A stretch of DNA of 13,126 nucleotides, taken from positions 1 through 13,126 of the IMG/VR virus record IMGVR_UViG_2718217868_000002, one strand, 5' to 3'. Position numbers and translations under genes: made by a program. How positions within the stretch are numbered: the first letter of the stretch is position 1; the number at the start of each line of letters is the position of its first letter. Positions 7,828 to 13,126 of this stretch are shown one piece after another. The DNA comes from a virus (lineage: Duplodnaviria; Heunggongvirae; Uroviricota; Caudoviricetes). Under the pieces are notes generated by a model. It did no database searches. It saw nothing but the letters and a program-made list of their open reading frames with translations, and was not told the origin of the DNA.

Positions 7828-9075
7828 ATGGTTATTTATCAAGGTGGTAAGATAATATCTGAAGATGATTTTTATTCTCATCTTTATTCGTTATGTCAGT
7901 TGGATAATGTAGGGGTTCTTTTAGGCGCGGGAGCATCGGTCGGATGTGGCGGCCAAACTATGAAGCAGGTATGGCAGTTTTTTAAATATGAACATCCTGA
8001 TCTATTGAATTTGTTACTAGAAAAATACTTATTGGTTGACAAAACTGAATCTGAACAAGATATAGTTAATGTTGAGCTTCTAATTGATGAAGTAACTAAA
8101 TTCTTGTCTGTGGCCAAAACAAGACGTAATGAAGACGAACAAAAAGAAATTAGTTTAATATTAAGTGCTTTGTATAAACAAGTAACAAAGGCTGCATTGT
8201 TAACTGGAGAAGAGTTTGGTTGTAAAAATCAAGGGAAGAAAAAACAGTTTAAGTCTCATAAAGAATTAATTTCAAAGTTGATTTCAAATAGGCAGCCGGG
8301 ACAATCGGCTCCGGCACTTTTTACTACCAACTATGATTTGGCATTAGAGTGGGCAGCTGAAGATTTAGGAATTCAGCTATTTAATGGTTTTTCAGGATTG
8401 CATACAAGACAATTTTATCCTCAAAATTTTGATTTGGCATTTAGAAATGTCAATGCAAAAGGGGAGGCTAGATTTGGTCATTATCACGCTTATCTATATA
8501 AATTGCATGGCTCTCTTACATGGTATCAGGATGATTTTTTAATAGTTAATGAGATAAGTGCATCTCAGGCATATGATAATTACATTAAAAATATTATTAA
8601 TGGTGACGGTTTTTACTATGGTCAACATTTAATTTATCCGGGGGCTAATAAATATAGCCATACAATTGGTTTTGTTTACGGTGAAATGTTTAGACGTTTT
8701 GGCGAGTTTTTGTCAAAACCTCAAACCGCTTTGTTTATTAATGGGTTTGGGTTTGGTGATTATCATATAAACAGAATTGTTTTTGGTGCTTTGTTAAATC
8801 CGTCATTTCATGTTGTTATTTATTACCCTGATCTGGAGAATGCTTTAGATAAAGTTAGTAGAGGCGTTGCTTCTGAAGGTGAAAAGGCAATTGATGCTTT
8901 AAAAAATATGCAATTCAATCAAGTGACTATCGTGGGTGGGGGGGCAGATGCTTACTTTGATAGTTTTGTGAAACATCTTCCTTATCCGGTGTTGTTCCCA
9001 AGAGAAAATACTGTTGATGACTTGGTTGAAGCTATTTCTAAATTGTCTAAAGGGGAAGGGAATGTCGCATTTTAA
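7828..9075 (+). CDS. SIR2-family (sirtuin-like / DHS-like NAD-binding) protein, predicted NAD+ hydrolase effector (415 aa)
   Basis: ATG at 7828 with AAGGGA RBS. Glycine-rich loop GAGASVGCGG (aa 33-42, nt 7924-7953). TTNYD motif (aa 166-170, nt 8323-8337). HG(S) motif in KLHGSL (His227, nt 8506-8508). Order and spacing match defence-associated SIR2 domains (ThsA/SIR2_2-like). Gene is about one-third GC against ~55-60% in flanking phage genes (hand count on sample 60-mers). Confidence 0.8.
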   Translation: MVIYQGGKIISEDDFYSHLYSLCQLDNVGVLLGAGASVGCGGQTMKQVWQFFKYEHPDLLNLLLEKYLLVDKTESEQDIVNVELLIDEVTKFLSVAKTRRNEDEQKEISLILSALYKQVTKAALLTGEEFGCKNQGKKKQFKSHKELISKLISNRQPGQSAPALFTTNYDLALEWAAEDLGIQLFNGFSGLHTRQFYPQNFDLAFRNVNAKGEARFGHYHAYLYKLHGSLTWYQDDFLIVNEISASQAYDNYIKNIINGDGFYYGQHLIYPGANKYSHTIGFVYGEMFRRFGEFLSKPQTALFINGFGFGDYHINRIVFGALLNPSFHVVIYYPDLENALDKVSRGVASEGEKAIDALKNMQFNQVTIVGGGADAYFDSFVKHLPYPVLFPRENTVDDLVEAISKLSKGEGNVAF

Positions 9076-10882
9076 ACTATCTGAATTATCTGCTATTGGG
9101 TATGTCGTTGGTCTGGAGGGCGAAAAAATAAGGATAAATCTTCATGAAGGATTGCAAGGTAGGCTCGCCTCTCATAGGGATGGTGTTAGTTCTGTTACTC
9201 AGCCTGGAGATTTGATCGGTTTTGATGCCGGAAATATTCTGGTTGTGGCTCGAGTTACAGATATGGCATTTGTCGAGGCTGATAAAGCACATAAGGCAAA
9301 AATAGGTACATCAGATATAGCAGATATGCCGTTAAGGCAAATAATAGCCTATGCAATAGGTTTTATTAGACGAGATATAGATGGATGTGTGTTTGTTTCG
9401 GAAGACTGGAGGTTACCTGCTCTGGGAGCATCCGCTGTCCCGTTAACATCTGATTTTTTAAATATCGTATATAGTATTGATAAAAATGATCTGGATAAAG
9501 CAATTGAGTTAGAAATAGATTCGAGGACTAAATCAGTTAAAATTTTAGCTAGCATTGATAAATTACTAACCAGGCATATGGCTGTTTTGGGCAGTACTGG
9601 ATATGGTAAATCTAATTTTAATGCTTTACTTACACGCCGCATTTCAGAACAGTACCCTAATGCAAGAATAGTAATTTTTGATATTAATGGCGAGTATTCT
9701 CAGGCTTTTGAAGGTGTTGCTAATGTTAAACATACTATTTTAGGTGAGTTACCAAAAGGAGAGTTTCCAAAACCACCTCTACAGAAAGGAGATATATTTT
9801 CTGAGAATGAACATTACTACTATAGAAAAATACCTTATCAAGCATTGGGATTTGCTGGGTTGATAAAATTACTACGCCCTAGTGATAAGACACAATTACC
9901 TGCATTAAGAAATGCGCTTAATGCTATAAATAGTGTTCATTTTTCCGATGATTCATTCTTTCTTAAGGATGAAGTAGGGGGCGTATTTAATATTTTTGAT
10001 GATTGTAGAGATGAAGGGCAAGAGCTTTTATCTGCGTGGTTGAGTTTCTTAAGAAGAGGGATGCTGTGTAAGGCAAATAAATGGCCGCCGTTTAAAAGTA
10101 TTGCTAACTTGGTTGCGGAGTTTGGTTGCGTGGCGGCGGATTCGCGAAAAGCTGGATCTAGTAAACGAGATGCTTTTAGCTATGGTAATGTTCTGCCATT
10201 GATTAAGATAATTCAACAGTTATCAGAGGATTCTAGATTCAAGTATGTTGTTGATTTAAATGGAGGTGGTGAATTATTAAGTGATGGCAAACATTGGGAA
10301 TTAGCTATGAGACAGGAAGTTGATTATTTCTTTGGTAAAGAAAAGGGAGAGGAGAATGACTGGAATATTCATATTGTTAATTTTAAGCATCTTTCACAAG
10401 ATCATGCTCCAATGCTGTTAAGTGCATTATTAGAAATGTTTGCTGAAGTTCTCTTTCTTAGGGGGCAAAACAAAGCTTTTCCAACCGTGTTACTTCTTGA
10501 AGAGGCGCACCACTATTTAAGAGATCCTTATTCTGAAGTTGATGCACAAATTAAAGCTTATGAAAGACTTGCTAAAGAAGGGCGTAAATTTAAATGTTCA
10601 CTTATTGTGAGCACACAACGACCATCAGAGCTTTCATCAACAGTATTAGCAATGTGTGCAAATTGGTTTTCGTTGCGCCTGACAAATGAGCGTGATTTGC
10701 AGACTTTACGGTATGCGATGGAAAGTGGAAATGAGTTAATGATTCGGCAGATTTCTGGGCTTCCAAGAGGAGATGCAATAGCGTTTGGTGCTGCTTTTAA
10801 TATACCCGTAAGAATTTCAATTCACCCTGCTGTACCCGGTCCGAGATCGTCTGACGCAAGTTATTCTCAAGAATGGCGATAA
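9062..10882 (+). CDS. HerA-like (FtsK/HerA superfamily) P-loop ATPase, 606 aa
   Basis: ATG at 9062 preceded by AGGGGAAGGGA; start lies 14 nt inside the upstream gene (translational coupling). Walker A GSTGYGKS (aa 177-184, nt 9590-9613). Walker B-like VLLLEEAHH (aa 476-484, nt 10487-10513). TQRP motif (aa 518-521, nt 10613-10624), characteristic of HerA/VirB4-type ATPases. N-terminal ~170 aa is consistent with a HAS-barrel. AT-rich like its partner. Confidence 0.8.
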   Translation: MSHFKLSELSAIGYVVGLEGEKIRINLHEGLQGRLASHRDGVSSVTQPGDLIGFDAGNILVVARVTDMAFVEADKAHKAKIGTSDIADMPLRQIIAYAIGFIRRDIDGCVFVSEDWRLPALGASAVPLTSDFLNIVYSIDKNDLDKAIELEIDSRTKSVKILASIDKLLTRHMAVLGSTGYGKSNFNALLTRRISEQYPNARIVIFDINGEYSQAFEGVANVKHTILGELPKGEFPKPPLQKGDIFSENEHYYYRKIPYQALGFAGLIKLLRPSDKTQLPALRNALNAINSVHFSDDSFFLKDEVGGVFNIFDDCRDEGQELLSAWLSFLRRGMLCKANKWPPFKSIANLVAEFGCVAADSRKAGSSKRDAFSYGNVLPLIKIIQQLSEDSRFKYVVDLNGGGELLSDGKHWELAMRQEVDYFFGKEKGEENDWNIHIVNFKHLSQDHAPMLLSALLEMFAEVLFLRGQNKAFPTVLLLEEAHHYLRDPYSEVDAQIKAYERLAKEGRKFKCSLIVSTQRPSELSSTVLAMCANWFSLRLTNERDLQTLRYAMESGNELMIRQISGLPRGDAIAFGAAFNIPVRISIHPAVPGPRSSDASYSQEWR

Positions 10883-11036
10883 TCTTGTGGGAGAATGTAA
10901 TAGGATAACGATAAGTGCATCTATCTGCATTAATTCGAATAAGGTTGAGAGGAGTTCAAAAACAAATTTAGACCGGCATTAGAGTGATTTAGATAGACAT
11001 ATGCAACTGCATTAAAACCGCCCCATGAAGCGGGCG

Positions 11037-11055
11037 GGCGAGGCGGGGAAAGCAC
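11037..11055. other. cos site: 19-nt P2-type cohesive-end sequence GGCGAGGCGGGGAAAGCAC
   Basis: Exact 19-mer matching my recollection of the P2 cohesive end, in the expected prophage position between the right-end accessory genes and Q. Preceded by a GC hairpin, CCGCCC (11018-11023) / GGGCGG (11032-11037). Confidence 0.55.
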
Positions 11056-11196
11056 TGCGCGCTGGCGGTGGTGCTGATTTTATTTTTTCAGCGTCTGAGC
11101 GCGTCGTGATGGCGTTTAGATTGTTAGCCGGGGCGTTGGTGTGTCTGCGGGCTGTTTTGTGCGGTGGTGAGCGTGTGAGGGCGTGATGGCGGGGTG

Positions 11197-11220
11197 TAAA
11201 AAAGCCGCCCGCAGGCGGCG
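11197..11220 (-). terminator. Rho-independent terminator downstream of Q
   Basis: GCCGCC (11204-11209) / GGCGGC (11214-11219) stem with CGCA loop, immediately followed on the minus strand by a T-run (plus-strand A-run 11198-11203), 4 nt after the Q stop codon. Confidence 0.65.
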
Positions 11221-11224
11221 ATGT

Positions 11225-12259
11225 TCAGCCGTTGTCAGTGTCCAGTGAGTAGTTTTTAAAGCGGATGACCTCCTGACCGAGCCAGCCGTTTATCTCGCGG
11301 ATCCTGTCCTGTAACGGGATAAGCTCATTGCGGACAAAGACCTTTGCCACTTTCTCAATATCACCCAGCGACCCGACGTTCTCCGGCTTGCCGCCCATCA
11401 ACTGAAAGGGGATGCGGTGCGCGTCCAGCAGGTCAGCGGCGCTGGCTTTTTTGATATTAAAAAAATCGTCCTTCGTTGCCACTTCACTGAGCGGGATAAT
11501 TTTAATGCCGTCAGCTTTCCCCTGCGGGGCATAGAGAAACAGGTTTTTAAAGTTGTTGCGGCCTTTCGACTTCACCATGTTTTCGCGAAGCATTTCGATA
11601 TCGTTGCGATCCTGCACGGCATCGGTAACGTACATGATGTATCCGGCATGAGCGCCGTTTTCGTAATACTTGCGGCGGAACAGCGTGGCTGACTCATTCA
11701 GCCAGGCAGAGTTAAGGGCGCTGAGATATTCCGGCAGGCCGTACAGCTCCTGATTAATATCCGGCTCCAGCAGATGAAACACGGAGCCAGGTGCGAAGGC
11801 TGTCGGCTCGTTGAAGGAAGGCACCCACCAGTAAACATCCTCCTCCACGCCACGGCGGGTATATTTTGCCGGTGAGGTTTCCAGTCTGATGACCTTGCCG
11901 GTGGTGCTGTAACGCTTTTCCAGAAACGCATTGCCGAACACCAGAAAATCCAGCACAAAGCGGCTGAAATCCTGCTGGGAAAGCCACGGATGCGGGATAA
12001 ATGTCGAGGCCAGAATATTGCGTTTGACGTAAATCGGGGAGCTGTGATGCACGGCAGCACGCAGGCTTTTTGCCAGACCGGTAAAGCTGATTGGTGGCTC
12101 ATACCATCTGCCGTTACTGATGCATTCGACGTAATCCAGAATGTCACGGCGGTCGAGTACCGGCACCGGCTCACCAAAGGTGAATGCCTCCATTTTCGGG
12201 GCGCTGGCGGTCATTTTTTTTGCCGCAGGTTGCGGTGTTTTCCCTTTTTTCTTGCTCAT
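11225..12259 (-). CDS. Q: Portal protein Q (344 aa, P2 Q-like)
   Basis: ATG at 12257-12259 (minus), TGA at 11225-11227. Size and sequence recognised as the P2 capsid portal protein; leftward-transcribed gene adjacent to cos, as in P2. Confidence 0.9.
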   Translation of the reverse strand: MSKKKGKTPQPAAKKMTASAPKMEAFTFGEPVPVLDRRDILDYVECISNGRWYEPPISFTGLAKSLRAAVHHSSPIYVKRNILASTFIPHPWLSQQDFSRFVLDFLVFGNAFLEKRYSTTGKVIRLETSPAKYTRRGVEEDVYWWVPSFNEPTAFAPGSVFHLLEPDINQELYGLPEYLSALNSAWLNESATLFRRKYYENGAHAGYIMYVTDAVQDRNDIEMLRENMVKSKGRNNFKNLFLYAPQGKADGIKIIPLSEVATKDDFFNIKKASAADLLDAHRIPFQLMGGKPENVGSLGDIEKVAKVFVRNELIPLQDRIREINGWLGQEVIRFKNYSLDTDNG

Positions 12260-12528
12260 CAGTAAAACTCCAGAATGGTGGATGTCAGCGGGGTGCTGAT
12301 ACCGGCGGTGAGTGGCTCATTTAACAGGGCGTGCATGGTCGCCCAGGCGAGGTCGGCGTGGCTGGCTTCCTCGCTGCGGCTGGCCTCATAGGTGGCGCTG
12401 CGCCCGCTGCTGGTCATGGTCTTGCGGATAGCCATAAACGAGCTGGTGATGTCGGTGGCGCTGACGTCGTATTCCAGACAGCCACGGCGGATAACGTCTT
12501 TTGCCTTGAGCACCATTGCGGTTTTCAT
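12259..12528 (-). pseudogene. P: Truncated terminase large subunit P (C-terminal ~90 codons only)
   Basis: Minus-strand frame that ends with a TGATG stop/start overlap onto Q, the P-Q operon arrangement. The frame is closed by a stop about 45 codons further upstream and the sequence beyond ~12540 instead reads as coding on the plus strand. An intact P would be about 590 aa. Upstream boundary approximate. Confidence 0.5.
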
Positions 12529-12540
12529 TTCCGGTGTGTG

Positions 12541-12624
12541 CCTCCTCTTGAAAACCTGACCCTGCGCCAGCGTATTACCGATAAATACCTGGCAAATCTG
12601 GTCACCTCGGTTAACAGCAATTAA
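12541..12624 (+). pseudogene. FI: 3' remnant of tail sheath gene FI (last ~28 codons)
   Basis: Plus-strand frame with host-typical codons (CTG, CGC, CAG, ACC) ending at TAA 12622-12624, directly upstream of the FII RBS AAGGAG (12624-12629). Assignment is by position relative to FII. Left boundary uncertain. Confidence 0.35.
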
Positions 12625-12636
12625 GGAGCCTGACCG

Positions 12637-12852
12637 ATGGCAATGCCGCGCAAACTCAAGTTAATGAACGTCTTTCTGAACGGCTACAGCTATCAGGGCG
12701 TTGCAAAGTCCGTCACGCTGCCAAAACTGACCCGTAAGCTCGAAAACTATCGCGGTGCGGGGATGAACGGCAGCGCACCGGTAGACCTCGGCCTTGATGA
12801 CGATGCTCTGTCAATGGAGTGGTCGCTCGGTGGATTCCCGGATTCGGTTATA
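12637..12852 (+). pseudogene. FII: Truncated tail tube gene FII (N-terminal 72 codons)
   Basis: ATG at 12637 after AAGGAG. N-terminus MAMPRKLKLMNVFLNGYSYQGVAKSVTLPKL... recognised as P2 FII. The reading frame breaks after ...GGFPDSVI (about 12852) and then runs to an early stop at 12898-12900. Confidence 0.6.
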
Positions 12853-12853
12853 T

Positions 12854-13126
12854 GCCACGAAAGCACAGGCCATGCGCGCCGCTCAGGCGAAGTGGGATAA
12901 ACTGCAACGGGGCGTTGCGGAGTTCTCCATCAGCCTGGCTACTGGTCGGGCAGATATTTACACGGAAACACCGGTCAAAGTGTCTGGCTTTAAGCGCGTC
13001 ATAGACGAGCAGGACTGGACAATCACTAAGGTGACACACTTTCTGAATAATAGTGGCTTCACGACGTCCTTAGAACTTGAGGTAAGGCTTTCTGATGTGG
13101 AGTACGAAACAGAAGATGATGAGTGA
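12854..13126 (+). pseudogene. D: C-terminal fragment of tail protein D (~90 codons), fused out of frame to FII'
   Basis: Second frame reads ...ATKAQAMRAAQAKWDKLQRGVAEFSISLATGRADIYTETPVKV...SDVEYETEDDE with stop at 13124-13126. Recognised as the C-terminus of P2 gpD (the K-12 yegZ-like remnant). The N-terminal part of the track ORF (12794..) is an out-of-frame read of FII. Confidence 0.55.

Larger units (their letters stand above)
1783..13126. mobile_element. Decayed P2-like prophage (left arm int-C-cox-B-A, cargo, cos and Q retained; structural, lysis and tail modules deleted); continues beyond the window
   Basis: Gene order and content match the P2 prophage map attL-int-C-cox-B-A-(tin/old slot)-cos-Q-P..., with deletion junctions at about 12530-12545 and 12851-12856. 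Confidence 0.85.

Noticed and set aside
9014-9061. Upstream TTG/ATG starts (9014, 9017) for the HerA-like gene
   Set aside because: They lack an RBS and lie deeper inside the SIR2 coding region; the ATG at 9062 has a strong RBS. Not formally excluded.
7828-10882. Alternative identities for the SIR2 gene: Thoeris (ThsA/ThsB) or a SIR2-pAgo system
   Set aside because: No TIR-domain or Argonaute/APAZ partner gene is present in the window; the only partner is a HerA-type ATPase.
455-12265. Numerous 60-160-aa ORFs nested in or antisense to yegS, int, A, the SIR2/HerA genes and Q (e.g. 455..667, 2190..2414, 3928..4173, 5438..5770, 6953..7291, 7896..8117, 9349..9642, 11698..12177)
   Set aside because: Shadow ORFs inside longer, well-supported genes; no RBS support; lengths and composition typical of chance frames.
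12331-12624. 97-aa plus-strand ORF as an intact gene
   Set aside because: Most of it is antisense to the P' fragment (Gly/Ala-rich translation of a GC-rich opposite strand); only the last ~28 codons look coding (FI tail).
12794-13126. 110-aa ORF as an intact gene
   Set aside because: Its N-terminal ~20 codons are an out-of-frame read of the FII fragment; only the C-terminal part is a real gpD-like sequence, so it is annotated as a D' pseudogene.
1-13126. CRISPR array, tRNA, rRNA or IS element
   Set aside because: No regular repeat-spacer array, no cloverleaf-like tRNA candidate at the attachment site, and no transposase ORF or terminal inverted repeats were seen. The integration site appears to be non-tRNA.

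Overview
This window is an Escherichia coli-type chromosomal locus (yegS, yegR) carrying the left arm of a decayed P2-like prophage integrated next to yegR. In order: a P2-type att core, int (minus), C repressor (minus), the Pe/Pc switch region, cox, orf78, B, orf80-83 and replication gene A. Immediately after A comes a markedly AT-rich two-gene cassette: a SIR2-family (sirtuin-like, predicted NADase) protein of 415 aa followed by a translationally coupled HerA-like ATPase of 606 aa. It occupies the slot where phage P2 carries its non-essential tin/old genes, and is followed by the cos site and an intact portal gene Q. Upstream of Q only fused fragments of P, FI, FII and D remain, so the capsid, lysis and tail modules have been deleted. 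The SIR2 + HerA pair is the stand-out candidate: a prophage-hotspot anti-phage defence cassette resembling SIR2-HerA type systems, retained in a prophage that has lost its structural genes. All calls rest on reading the sequence and on recalled family knowledge; no database search or computation was possible.
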